Source of the DNA: Balanoglossus misakiensis | Lineage: Eukaryota > Animalia > Hemichordata | Assembly: GCA_040954595.2 (NCBI GenBank) | Contig: JBECUI020000025.1 | Coordinates: 62,001-126,000 of the forward strand | Direction: 5' to 3' | Length of the DNA stretch: 64,000 bases | Part shown: positions 9,963 to 19,720 of the stretch, in pieces | Layout: each line of letters opens with the position of its first letter | Position numbering within the stretch: position 1 is the stretch's first letter | Program-made: the position numbers and the translations under genes | The notes under the pieces: generated by a model | Told to the model about the DNA's origin: nothing | Database searches by the model: none | The model's input: the letters and a program-made list of their open reading frames with translations, nothing else

Positions 9963-11997
9963 AGACCACCCGATACAAGAAATGCCCTCTATTCGGCAGC
10001 TAAGCAGCCTGCGATTATCCTCGTTAAAAAAACAAAAAATAGAAACTGTCTACGATCTCATACTAACATTACCCCGGGCATACGAAGATAGAAGGACAAG
10101 CACAACACTTGCCGCTGCGTTTGGGAATGAACCTACTGTAAGCATTGTTCGCGTACAGTCTCACTTCTATATGGGATGGGGAAAGAAACGGGTGCTCAAG
10201 GTCTACGTCAGTGATAATACACATGTCGCTGCCCTCCTTTGCTTTGGAAGAAGGGGGCTTGCCTCTATCTTGCGCGAAGGACTGCACATATATTTATGGG
10301 CATCGTTTAATCAGTATCGAGGAGAATGGCAAACATCCAAGTTTGAGTTTGAAAAGATAACAGAAAAACCAAAAAACTTTTTGAAAATCATTTCAATTTA
10401 TCGATCCCTTGAACGATTTCCAACTGCAATATTTCGCACCATACTCCTTGATGCCCTCAAGCAATACCTGCCGAAACTGGAATACGAGTTGCCGGAATAT
10501 CTTGTACAACAAAACGACCTTATGCCACTGAACAAGGCACTCTGGAGTATTCACTCGCCAAGTAGTCTTGCTGAAGCAGAACATGCACGAAAAAGTCTTG
10601 CATACCACGAGCTATTCCTCCTGCAGACAAAAATTTGGGCAAAAAAACGGGCTCTGGCTACAAGAAAGAAACGGAGCCTTGACCTTAGTTTACAAAAACA
10701 GGTTATCGATTCCCTTGAATTTCAGCTGACCGATGATCAAAAAAAATCGCTTGACGAGATTAACAAGGACTTGGAATCCGAATATCCGATGCAACGCTTA
10801 TTACAAGGTGATGTCGGTTGTGGTAAGACATTAGTTGCGCTTCTTGCCGCATTAGCACTTTGTGCCAATCGGGAACAAGTCATTCTCCTGGTGCCTACAA
10901 CACTTCTTGCACGGCAACATACTCAAACTATAAGCCGAATCCTGCAGGGCTTTGATGTCAGAGTCAGTCTTCTTATTGGAACAATGCGTACAAAGGAACG
11001 ATCCGCCGTTATTGCCGATATAGCAAACGGAGAAAGCGATATTGTTATCGGTACCCATGCACTGCTATCGGACAGTGTTGATTTTCATAAGCTGGGCATG
11101 CTCATTGTTGATGAACAACAACGATTCGGTGTTACCCAACGGGGGAAACTGCTCCAACGCACACGGACCCCGGACACCCTGGTAATGACAGCAACCCCGA
11201 TCCCCCGTACTCTTGGCATGTCAATCTTCGGACACATGACCGTCAGCACTATAAAAAGCATGCCACCGGGCAGACAGACTATTACGAGTCATCTTGCCTG
11301 CATGGGCAAGGAAGAAAAGGTTTATGCTTTTATTGAACAAGAACTAAAAAACGGCAGGCAGGCATACTTTGTGTATCCATGGATAGAAGGCAATCCGGAA
11401 GAAAACCGCAAAGGTACAGAAGAAATGCTGGGACGGTTACAAAAACGTTTCCCTCAGTATCAGGTGGCAATGCTTCATTCCCGGGTTGCCGAAGATGAAC
11501 AGTACCGAATTATGCGTGAGTTCTATACTGGTGATATAGACATTCTGGTTGCTACCAGTGTCGTGGAAGTTGGGGTGGATGTTGCCAATGCCAGCTGTGT
11601 AGTCGTAGAACATAGCGAACGGTTTGGCTTGGCCACCTTGCACCAACTGCGTGGCAGAGTGGGTCGAGGACGGTATCAATCCTACGCATTCTTTGTATAC
11701 ACCGAAGCACTCACCGACGATGCCCGTGAACGTCTCCGGGCACTATACGAACACAGCAGTGGCTTTGTTTTAGCTGAAAAAGATCTTCTTATACGCGGAC
11801 CGGGTAATTTTGACGGATTGCGGCAAGCGGGATATATACATCTTGATGTCGCCAATCTTCGCACTGACATGAAGATCCTTATGCAGACACATCAGGACTG
11901 CTTAGAGCTATTCAAAAAAGATCCGAACCTGCAACAAGAGGAACATGCACGCCTGCTTCCCTACTTGAAAGAAGATGAAGTTGGCTTATTGACATGA
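9943..11997 (+). CDS. recG: ATP-dependent DNA helicase RecG
   Basis: LQGDVGCGKT, VDEQQRFG, MTATPIPRT, LHQLRGRVGRG, DLLIRGPG. Confidence 0.96.
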   Translation: MYLNKLKDHPIQEMPSIRQLSSLRLSSLKKQKIETVYDLILTLPRAYEDRRTSTTLAAAFGNEPTVSIVRVQSHFYMGWGKKRVLKVYVSDNTHVAALLCFGRRGLASILREGLHIYLWASFNQYRGEWQTSKFEFEKITEKPKNFLKIISIYRSLERFPTAIFRTILLDALKQYLPKLEYELPEYLVQQNDLMPLNKALWSIHSPSSLAEAEHARKSLAYHELFLLQTKIWAKKRALATRKKRSLDLSLQKQVIDSLEFQLTDDQKKSLDEINKDLESEYPMQRLLQGDVGCGKTLVALLAALALCANREQVILLVPTTLLARQHTQTISRILQGFDVRVSLLIGTMRTKERSAVIADIANGESDIVIGTHALLSDSVDFHKLGMLIVDEQQRFGVTQRGKLLQRTRTPDTLVMTATPIPRTLGMSIFGHMTVSTIKSMPPGRQTITSHLACMGKEEKVYAFIEQELKNGRQAYFVYPWIEGNPEENRKGTEEMLGRLQKRFPQYQVAMLHSRVAEDEQYRIMREFYTGDIDILVATSVVEVGVDVANASCVVVEHSERFGLATLHQLRGRVGRGRYQSYAFFVYTEALTDDARERLRALYEHSSGFVLAEKDLLIRGPGNFDGLRQAGYIHLDVANLRTDMKILMQTHQDCLELFKKDPNLQQEEHARLLPYLKEDEVGLLT

Positions 11998-12521
11998 GGA
12001 TAACACGCGGATTATACAAAGGACGAGCAATAAAATGTCCCCCAGGACGCATACGCCCGATAACAAGTCGTATGCGTACATCTCTCTTTGACAGTCTCGG
12101 TCCTTTACAGGGCAAGAGTTTTCTGGATCTGTTTAGCGGATCCGGTATTGTTGCTGTAGAGGCGCTCTCTCTGCAGGCGAAACGGGTTGTATTGGTCGAA
12201 AGCGACCGCAAAAAATATGCAGTTCTGGCAGAGAACTGCGGCAGGAACAAAGCCCTTACCATATACCGTGGCAGTGTCGAACGTTTTGTGCAGCAATGGA
12301 AAGAAGGATTTGACATTATCTTCGCCGACCCGCCCTTTGTATATCGAGACAAGGGCGGGCTTATTGATCTCATTGCCAATTCCTCTTTGATAACAAGCAG
12401 CACCTATCTCATCATTCATCATCCGAGCAATGAAACCCTGCAAAGCAATACCGTAACTTGCAATAAGAAAAATCGTTTTGGGGGTTCAATTTTATCTTTC
12501 TATATGCTATCCTGCAATTGA
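11994..12521 (+). CDS. rsmD: 16S rRNA m2G966 methyltransferase
   Basis: MRITRGLYKGR, IRP, LDLFSGSG, FADPPF. Confidence 0.88.
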   Translation: MRITRGLYKGRAIKCPPGRIRPITSRMRTSLFDSLGPLQGKSFLDLFSGSGIVAVEALSLQAKRVVLVESDRKKYAVLAENCGRNKALTIYRGSVERFVQQWKEGFDIIFADPPFVYRDKGGLIDLIANSSLITSSTYLIIHHPSNETLQSNTVTCNKKNRFGGSILSFYMLSCN

Positions 12522-12522
12522 C

Positions 12523-14028
12523 ATGAGCGCGAAGAAACCATATATTATGATTCTTGATGCAGGCACATCAATTAACAGAATCGCCATATTCGATATTGAA
12601 AAGGGCATTATTGCCCGAGAACAGCAAATTCTTAACCCCCGGATTTCTCAAAACATGTTTGTAGAACAAGAAGCAATGAGCATCTGGGCAAGTCTTTCGG
12701 GATTAATGCAAAGTATTATCACCCGGAATACTATCAAGGCTGAGGAAATTGCTGCTATAGCAGTAACAACCCAACGGGAATCGGTTGTTGTTTGGGATAA
12801 AGAAACAGGGGCTCCCTTGTACAATGCAATCCTATGGTTGGACAGACGAAACACCGATCTGTGCAATGAGTTGTCGAAGAACGAAGAAACCGTTCGGTAC
12901 GTTCGTGATACAACTGGGTTAATTATCAACACGTTCTTCTCTGCACCAAAATTACGCTGGATCCTTGATAATGTTGATGGGGTACGAAGACAATGCGAAA
13001 CGGGAAAGGCTATCTGCGGAACACTGGATAGTTGGATTGTATGGCAGTTGACAAACAAAGAAGTACATGTAACCGACTATTCAAACGCATCCCGCACCTT
13101 GCTTTTTGATATTAAAAAATTAGATTGGGATCCCAAACTGTTGGGCATATTCGGCATACCCAGTGGAATGTTGCCAGAAGCACGCCCATCGAGCGAGGTA
13201 TACGGGTACACCAATCCATCCCTCTTTTTCGGTCAACGCACCCCTATTGCAGCTATTATTGCCGACCAGCAAGCCTCCTTATTTGGGCAACGTTGTTTTG
13301 AATTCGGTTCAGCAAAAAACACCTACGGAACCGGGAGTTTTGTCATGATGAACACCGGCAAGAATCCCATTATTTCCAACAGCGGACTGCTTGCTACCAT
13401 AGCATGGTCATTAAAACAAGAGGTAACCTATGCCCTGGAAGGGTCAATCTTTGTAACCGGATCAGCAATACAATGGTTACGCGATGAATTAGGGCTTATT
13501 CGCCATTCCCGTGATACCGAGTATTTTGCAGAAAGTGTGCCCGATAGCGGCGGGGTATTCATGATTCCCAGTTTCACCGGATTGGGAGCACCCTACTGGA
13601 ATCCTCATGCACGTGGCGCAATACTGGGTCTAACAAGAAATACAACTATCAATCATATTATTCGTTCAACACTCGAATCAACCGGATATCGTACCCGTGA
13701 CATTATTGAGGTTATGGAACAAGAAATGAATCAGAAGATCTCGTCCTTAAAAGTTGACGGCGGTGCGGCAGCAAATAAGTTTCTTCTGCAGTTTCAATCG
13801 GATATTCTTGGTGTGCCGGTTATTCGTCCCAAAGAAATAGAAACAACTATTATTGGAGCAGCACTGATTGCAGCAATTGGCATTGGTCTGATCTCAGACA
13901 TATCAAAAATACCAACATCCTATGAAATAGAGCGAACATTTCAACCTACTATGAATACAGAAAAAAGAGACAGTCTCTATGCAAACTGGCAAAAAGCTTT
14001 GAAAAGCACCTTGCTCGCCATTCAATAA
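12523..14028 (+). CDS. glpK: Glycerol kinase (FGGY family)
   Basis: QRES, NAILW, FSAPKLRWIL, TDYSNASRT, DQQASLFG, KNTYGTG, GLGAPYW, LKVDGG. ATG at 12523. Confidence 0.9.
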   Translation: MSAKKPYIMILDAGTSINRIAIFDIEKGIIAREQQILNPRISQNMFVEQEAMSIWASLSGLMQSIITRNTIKAEEIAAIAVTTQRESVVVWDKETGAPLYNAILWLDRRNTDLCNELSKNEETVRYVRDTTGLIINTFFSAPKLRWILDNVDGVRRQCETGKAICGTLDSWIVWQLTNKEVHVTDYSNASRTLLFDIKKLDWDPKLLGIFGIPSGMLPEARPSSEVYGYTNPSLFFGQRTPIAAIIADQQASLFGQRCFEFGSAKNTYGTGSFVMMNTGKNPIISNSGLLATIAWSLKQEVTYALEGSIFVTGSAIQWLRDELGLIRHSRDTEYFAESVPDSGGVFMIPSFTGLGAPYWNPHARGAILGLTRNTTINHIIRSTLESTGYRTRDIIEVMEQEMNQKISSLKVDGGAAANKFLLQFQSDILGVPVIRPKEIETTIIGAALIAAIGIGLISDISKIPTSYEIERTFQPTMNTEKRDSLYANWQKALKSTLLAIQ

Positions 14029-14073
14029 AGATACTGTACTCGATTTTATACAAATAATATGCTATTCTAAGGT

Positions 14074-15618
14074 ATGAAGAAACCTTTGCACAAACCACGT
14101 GGTATCCAAAATAGCCTTATGGACGAACATCGACTACAGTATCAGCGCAATCAGCAGCTCATGCAACTGTTTATGGCAGAGAACTATGCCCCAGTTAGTG
14201 TAGCAATGATTGATTTCTTTGATCCCTATCGCCCCTGGTTAACTGCAGAAGATGAACGACTTGTCTATCGTCTCGTAGATCACGAGGGAGAATCACTCAT
14301 GCTTCGCTCGGACATAACCCTGTTTCTAGCAAAGAAAATCAGCACTGAACTGGCAAACTATACCCTGCCTATGCGCCTCTGTTATGCTGATAGCATCCTC
14401 CAGGACATAGCAGAATATGATGCCGGCAAGAATATAACCCAACAGGCGGGGGTTGAGATTATTGGCATTGAAGGAAGTGACGGGGAACAAGAGTGCATTC
14501 TTCTACTACAGAAGGCATTACAAGCGCTAGACGACAAGAACACCGTTATCCACATCGGTTCACGGCAATTAGCAGATATAATAGCAGACGGCGAATCGGA
14601 GCTCTATACTGCCATAAGAAACAGACTTCCCCTTGCACAAAAGGAATTGACTCGCCTTTGTCGCTTTATTGGAACGGTTTCCGAGTTTAACAACCTATTA
14701 ACAGACCTTCAGGGAAAAGTCTCGGATAGAGTTATGAAGGCAGCTACCGGATTAGCTCGGCTTGCGAAAAACATTAGCGATAAGGCGGACCGCATTCGCA
14801 TCGATACCTCCGAAATCGGCAAACGTTCTTATTACACGGGTTTTGTATTTTCAGCTTACAATGAGAAATCGGAGCAAGCCGTCGCCCAGGGAGGACGCTA
14901 CGACAAACTGGTGGCATCATTTGGCAATCAGAATGCACCCGCTGTCGGCTTCTCCATGTATCCACAAAAGATCCCTGTTGGAAGAGAGAAGAGTGATACT
15001 CTTACTATCGCCATACCGAAGGGGCGTATATACGACTACTGCCAACAGTATTTTTCTAAACGTGATATTGACATTAGCATGAACGATAGGGAATTAGTTC
15101 TGCATAACAAGGAGCAGAATGTGCGCATTATACAGGTAAAGAATGCCGACCTCCCCATCTATATACGTAGCGGGGTTGCACATCTTGGCATTGTTGGAAA
15201 CGACATCCTGCATGAAACAACCTGTAACTACTTCAAACTCGGCGAATTCCCCTTTGGTGCGGCTCGCCTCTGTCTTGCAGCAAAGGAAGGAACACCCCCC
15301 CTGCCGAACCAAACTACCTTACATAGAATAGCAACAAAGTATCCACATTTTACGCGTCAATATTTTCACGATTGCGGAATTCCGGTAGACATCATAACAC
15401 TGCATGGCGCCATTGAACTGGCACCCATACTGGACCTTGCACCTTATATCGTAGATCTTGTAGACAGCGGAAAAACTCTTGCCGCACATAATTTGACTGT
15501 GCTGGAAACCCTCCGACCAACGATGGTAGAACTTATTGTCAATCAGGCAATGTATAAGGTTTATTATAAACAAGTCGATAATTTGGTAAAGCTCTTATGC
15601 GGAACAAACAATGAATAA
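14074..15618 (+). CDS. hisZ-hisG: Fused ATP phosphoribosyltransferase: HisZ regulatory domain (about aa 1-305) plus short-form HisG
   Basis: KPRG, LRSDIT, QAGVEIIG, YYTGFVF, GGRYD, AVGFS (HisZ) run in frame into LTIAIPKGR, LGIVGND, IATKYP, GAIELAP, DLVDSGKTL (HisG). Confidence 0.85.
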   Translation: MKKPLHKPRGIQNSLMDEHRLQYQRNQQLMQLFMAENYAPVSVAMIDFFDPYRPWLTAEDERLVYRLVDHEGESLMLRSDITLFLAKKISTELANYTLPMRLCYADSILQDIAEYDAGKNITQQAGVEIIGIEGSDGEQECILLLQKALQALDDKNTVIHIGSRQLADIIADGESELYTAIRNRLPLAQKELTRLCRFIGTVSEFNNLLTDLQGKVSDRVMKAATGLARLAKNISDKADRIRIDTSEIGKRSYYTGFVFSAYNEKSEQAVAQGGRYDKLVASFGNQNAPAVGFSMYPQKIPVGREKSDTLTIAIPKGRIYDYCQQYFSKRDIDISMNDRELVLHNKEQNVRIIQVKNADLPIYIRSGVAHLGIVGNDILHETTCNYFKLGEFPFGAARLCLAAKEGTPPLPNQTTLHRIATKYPHFTRQYFHDCGIPVDIITLHGAIELAPILDLAPYIVDLVDSGKTLAAHNLTVLETLRPTMVELIVNQAMYKVYYKQVDNLVKLLCGTNNE

Positions 15619-16201
15619 AAAACGAATAAGTATACATCGACAGAGTCTGGAAACAGACATAGCTGTAGAATTTGCACGAGAACCGGACGAAACAACCGGA
15701 AAAATAGATACTCCTCTGCCTTTTTTCTCTCATATGTTGCAGTCCTTTGCCTTTCACGGAAACTTTTATCTCAATATACGGGCACAAGGTGATGTCAAGG
15801 TCGACCCTCACCACCTGGTAGAAGATACGGGCCTTGCATTAGGCACAGCTATCCGGCAAACGGTAGCGCAGAATACCAAGATCAGGCGTTTTTCCTGGGC
15901 ACGTGTCCCTATGGACGATGCACTATGCGAAACGATTATCGACGTATCAAACCGCCCCTACCTTGTCTACCACGTGGACTTCGGCAAAGATGCCTATGCC
16001 GGAACGTTCTCTTTATACCTGTTACGTGAATTTTTTACAGCAATCAGTACCAACGCTGGCATCAATTTGCATCTACGTTCACTGGATGGTCATAATGGGC
16101 ATCACATAGCAGAGGCATTAGTAAAGTCATTTGCATTAGCACTCAGTGACGCACTGCAACCGGGCAATAAAGCTATCCCATCCACCAAGGGGTTGATATG
16201 A
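15611..16201 (+). CDS. hisB: Imidazoleglycerol-phosphate dehydratase
   Basis: FFSHML, DPHHLVEDTG, PMDDAL, NGHHIAEA, PSTKG. Confidence 0.95.
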   Translation: MNKKRISIHRQSLETDIAVEFAREPDETTGKIDTPLPFFSHMLQSFAFHGNFYLNIRAQGDVKVDPHHLVEDTGLALGTAIRQTVAQNTKIRRFSWARVPMDDALCETIIDVSNRPYLVYHVDFGKDAYAGTFSLYLLREFFTAISTNAGINLHLRSLDGHNGHHIAEALVKSFALALSDALQPGNKAIPSTKGLI

Positions 16202-16548
16202 AACAGCAGTCCTCTCGCGGGTTTTTAAGGATTGGGAACAAGCCCCCCGACATCACTCTACAAAGCAAAGCTGCCCTTATTCGAAAAGGCAACGAGTACT
16301 TTAACGAAGGGAACTATGAACAGGCAAAACGGATATATATAACCGTTCAGTATAACGACGGATTAACTCGGATCGGACAATTTTACGAAAAGAACAAAGA
16401 ACATATTGAAGCATTACGCATGTACTGGATTGCTGGAAACGAATACCACAAAGAGCGCTTAACACGAAGCATTGCCTCATGTATACAACATATTCTCAAA
16501 GAAGAAGAGCCCCGCAGAACTATTTCTGATTCTCAAGACTCGCCTTAA
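16198..16548 (+). CDS. Small hypothetical protein, TPR-like helices
   Basis: Coupled to hisB (ATGA overlap); LIRKGNEYFNEGNYEQAKRIY resembles a TPR helix pair. Confidence 0.6.
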   Translation: MKQQSSRGFLRIGNKPPDITLQSKAALIRKGNEYFNEGNYEQAKRIYITVQYNDGLTRIGQFYEKNKEHIEALRMYWIAGNEYHKERLTRSIASCIQHILKEEEPRRTISDSQDSP

Positions 16549-18283
16549 TTCGTCTGACTCCCCGCGAGGAGGATTGTTCCTTATCAATACGAAAATGTCC
16601 CAGCTCTCCTGTATGGGAAACATGCGGACCCCCACAGACTTCCTTGGAATAATTGCCGATGAAATAAACTGTAACATTTTCCGCATACTTATCTGCAAAG
16701 AAAGCCTTTGCACCCAGTCTCTTTGCTTCTGCAAGCGTCATACGCTGGGAAGATACCGGAAGATCCTTTTTAATTTGCTGATTAACAATGTCTTCTACAT
16801 CTTTCAACTCTTCTGGGCTCATTTTTTCAAGATGAGAAAAATCAAAGCGAAGCCGCTCGTGCGTAATATTACTTCCCTTCTGCTGTACATGCGAACCAAG
16901 AACATCAATGAGTGCCTGCTGTAACAGATGCGTAGCAGTATGGAGTTTTGTGGTCTGTTGCGAATGATCAATCAATCCCCCCTTAAACCCCGTAGCACTG
17001 CGAGACCGTTCTTGATGCTGCAAAAACGCTTCTTCAAAGGATGCAGTATCAACACCTAACCCATATTCACTTGCAAGCTCTTTGGTCAGCTCAATTGGAA
17101 AGCCAAATGTATCATAGAGTCGAAACGCACTAGGTCCTGATATTTTGCCCTCCTGCTGAAAGGTGGGAAGGGACTTCATAAATTCTCGCTCTCCCTTATC
17201 AAGGGTGAGCATAAACTGACCTTCCTCTCGTTCAAGCTCTTGTTCTATATGTTCTCTCTTTTCTACCAGTTGTGCATACTGCGAGCCATAAATTGGAATT
17301 ATTGAATGCACCAAGCTATGTAAACCGGGACGTTCTAAGCCGAGTTTACGCAAATGTCGTGTAGCACGACGGATAAGGCGCCGAAGAACATAACCCTGAC
17401 CAATGTTTGACGGAAGCACCGCATTCTCATCTCCGAGAATAAAGCATGCCGTACGCAGATGATCTGCAATAATTCTAATATTCTGTTGATGTTGATGATA
17501 ATCAACCCCGGATAGATCCAGTATTGCCTGTATGAGGGGAACAAATAATTCCGTATCAAACACTGATTCTTTGCCCTGCAAGATTGCACATGTCCGTTCC
17601 AGTCCCATGCCGGTATCAACACAGGGACGGGCAAGATCTTCATATTTGCCGTCATCATTCTTGCGGTACTGCATAAAGACATCATTCCATATCTCACAGT
17701 AGCGCGAGGAATTTCCCGGATCTCCCTTAGGGCCATTTCCCATATCAATAAACATCTCGGTATCAGGACCACAGGGACCGGTTTTACCGGGGGGGCCCCA
17801 CCAGTTATGTTCACGAGAAAGGTAAAATAGCCGTGAATCGGGTATGCCCTGCTTTTTCCATATTCTTGCCGATTGCTCATCTGGTTCAATTTCATTATCC
17901 CCCGCAAACACCGATACTACAATTTTTTCATCTGGAATGTTCAGCCATCTATCGGAACAGAGGAACTCATAACTCATAGCAATCGCCTCTTCCTTAAAAT
18001 AATCACCCAAGGACCAGTTACCAAGCATTTCAAAAAATGTAAGATGGTGCTCATCCCCTACTTCATTAATATCACCTGTACGAATACATCGCTGGCAATT
18101 AACAAGTCTTTGCCCGGCAGGATGCTGCTGTCCTAATATATAGGGAACCAAGGGATGCATGCCCGCAGTCGTAAAGAGAACTGTGGGGTCATTTTCAGGC
18201 ATGAGAGATTTGCCCGAAATAACTGCATGCCCGTGAAGGGTAAAGAAATTGATGTATTTTTCGCGTAGTTCATTAGCTGTCAC
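16520..18283 (-). CDS. alaS: Alanine--tRNA ligase, short form without C-Ala domain
   Basis: LFTTAGM, TFFEMLGN, EIWNDVFMQ, DTGMGLER, HTATH, EVCGGPH. Confidence 0.96.
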   Translation of the reverse strand: MTANELREKYINFFTLHGHAVISGKSLMPENDPTVLFTTAGMHPLVPYILGQQHPAGQRLVNCQRCIRTGDINEVGDEHHLTFFEMLGNWSLGDYFKEEAIAMSYEFLCSDRWLNIPDEKIVVSVFAGDNEIEPDEQSARIWKKQGIPDSRLFYLSREHNWWGPPGKTGPCGPDTEMFIDMGNGPKGDPGNSSRYCEIWNDVFMQYRKNDDGKYEDLARPCVDTGMGLERTCAILQGKESVFDTELFVPLIQAILDLSGVDYHQHQQNIRIIADHLRTACFILGDENAVLPSNIGQGYVLRRLIRRATRHLRKLGLERPGLHSLVHSIIPIYGSQYAQLVEKREHIEQELEREEGQFMLTLDKGEREFMKSLPTFQQEGKISGPSAFRLYDTFGFPIELTKELASEYGLGVDTASFEEAFLQHQERSRSATGFKGGLIDHSQQTTKLHTATHLLQQALIDVLGSHVQQKGSNITHERLRFDFSHLEKMSPEELKDVEDIVNQQIKKDLPVSSQRMTLAEAKRLGAKAFFADKYAENVTVYFIGNYSKEVCGGPHVSHTGELGHFRIDKEQSSSRGVRRIKASLENQK

Positions 18284-18316
18284 AAATGTATCCTCGTTGG
18301 GAAGATTATAACAATC

Positions 18317-19360
18317 TCAGATAAGATTATCAATATTTTGCAAAAGAATCTTGCCCTCTTGATGCAAAGCCCGTATATGCGTAACAAAATCATGAATACT
18401 TTGCTGGCGTTCTTTCTTCGAAAGAACACCGATTATACTTATCTCGTCTTTTAATCGGTTCTTTCTTCCCTCGGAAACATTGTTAAATATAACTTCAACC
18501 AGCTCATCTTCAATACCGGAAATAATACGTGCAAGTATCTGGTCATCGATATCCTGTAATAGCTCTTGCAACTGTCGCTGCGGGATCTCCTGGATAACAT
18601 CAATAGTATACATTCGTTCACGCAGGTTGCGCTCGAGAAGTGGGGCTTCGCTGCCAAGTGTAGCAAGAATTGCTGAACTCTTATCGCTGTATTTCAGTAT
18701 GTCTGCCAACCGCCCAAGTCCATCGACCTCTATTGAGGTCGGTGCAGTGTTGCGGTTTACAGTCTGCTTTAATTTTGCCGCTACTCTCTTTATTACCTCC
18801 TGACTGATATTATTCATCTGTGCAAATCGATGAACAATAGCAACCTGTTTGGATTTCTCAAAGAAACGAATTATTTCTGCTGAACGAGGAGAAGGAAGAC
18901 AAGATAGAACAAGGCAGACAACCGGTAAGGATTCTTCCTTGAGGTGGTAGTAAATCTGCTCTGCGGTAAAGGAATCAAGAAATGAAAATGCCTCTTTGAC
19001 CTGCTCGGGAAAGAGTTTATGCAATATTCTTTCAGTTTCTTCCGACCCAAAAGAATGCTCCAAATAGCGTCTTGCTGTATCAATTCCACCACGGACTGGT
19101 GTGGCACCTGCCAGATCGAATTCACTATAGAGACGCTGTGCCTCTTCGCTGGAAATATGCGTTGTTGTTGCCATTTCCGCAACGATCTTCTCTATCTCCT
19201 CAGACCTAAAATGCTTAAGCACATCTGCCGCCCTATCTTTGCCGAGAAGAAGAAGAAAATGCGCAACCTGCCTGTATGACTTTCCTTTCTGCGAAGTCTT
19301 GACTAATTTTTGCACAGGCGTTTCTTTCGTGTTTGCCTGAGCATCTTTCTTCTTTGTCAC
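18317..19360 (-). CDS. fliG: Flagellar motor switch protein FliG, probably the FliG1-type paralogue
   Basis: LLLLGKDRAADVLK, GGIDTARRYL, FSFL, VDG, NVSEG FliG motifs; adjacent to alaS as in Borrelia. Confidence 0.88.
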   Translation of the reverse strand: MTKKKDAQANTKETPVQKLVKTSQKGKSYRQVAHFLLLLGKDRAADVLKHFRSEEIEKIVAEMATTTHISSEEAQRLYSEFDLAGATPVRGGIDTARRYLEHSFGSEETERILHKLFPEQVKEAFSFLDSFTAEQIYYHLKEESLPVVCLVLSCLPSPRSAEIIRFFEKSKQVAIVHRFAQMNNISQEVIKRVAAKLKQTVNRNTAPTSIEVDGLGRLADILKYSDKSSAILATLGSEAPLLERNLRERMYTIDVIQEIPQRQLQELLQDIDDQILARIISGIEDELVEVIFNNVSEGRKNRLKDEISIIGVLSKKERQQSIHDFVTHIRALHQEGKILLQNIDNLI

Positions 19361-19366
19361 AGTTAC

Positions 19367-19395
19367 AGTATAGAAGAAAGAAAAAAGAATAACAA
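19367..19395 (-). promoter_or_regulatory. sigma70 promoter of fliG, probably leaderless
   Basis: TTGTTA-17 bp-TATACT, then 6 nt, then the GTG start; no SD. Confidence 0.6.
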
Positions 19396-19441
19396 GAAGA
19401 AAAAATTATTACATTAGCATGCCAAATTAGAATAAGAATGC

Positions 19442-19471
19442 TTGACAAAGGCCCGGAAAACATCCTATAAT
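19442..19471 (+). promoter_or_regulatory. sigma70 promoter of tRNA-Phe
   Basis: Perfect TTGACA (19442)-18 bp-TATAAT (19466). Confidence 0.8.
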
Positions 19472-19487
19472 TTTCAAATATATGGTA

Positions 19488-19492
19488 GCCGC

Positions 19493-19535
<43 letters not shown>

Positions 19536-19560
19536 ATCAGTTCAATTCTGATCGGCGGCA
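19488..19560 (+). tRNA. tRNA-Phe(GAA), CCA not encoded
   Basis: Acceptor GCCGCTG/CGGCGGC, D arm GCTC/GAGC, anticodon arm GAGGA-CTGAAAA-TCCTT, T arm ATCAG-TTCAATT-CTGAT. Confidence 0.97.
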
Positions 19561-19600
19561 TCTATTCACCCCTAATCTCACCCTCCTAATTCCCCTCTAT

Positions 19601-19634
19601 CCACCCACACTGTAGCTTTCTGCAGTTTGGGTGG
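19601..19634. terminator. Imperfect hairpin between convergent tRNA-Phe and ppdK, possible terminator
   Basis: CCACCCA-CACTGTAG ... CTGCAGTT-TGGGTGG inverted repeat; U-tail is weak. Confidence 0.45.
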
Positions 19635-19720
19635 GTTTCTGCAGTCTGGGTGCTTCTGCTGTTCTTTTCGGAACTTACAAAGAGAAGGTCAGGAGAATGC
19701 TAGTAATTTTGCATCAACTG

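Noticed and set aside
16520-18283. AlaRS looks truncated (587 aa)
   Set aside because: Short AlaRS lacking C-Ala is known in spirochaetes; catalytic and editing motifs are complete.
19409-19425. sigma54-like TTGGCATG upstream of fliG (minus strand)
   Set aside because: The -12 position reads TGTAA, with no GC at the required spacing; a good sigma70 promoter is present.
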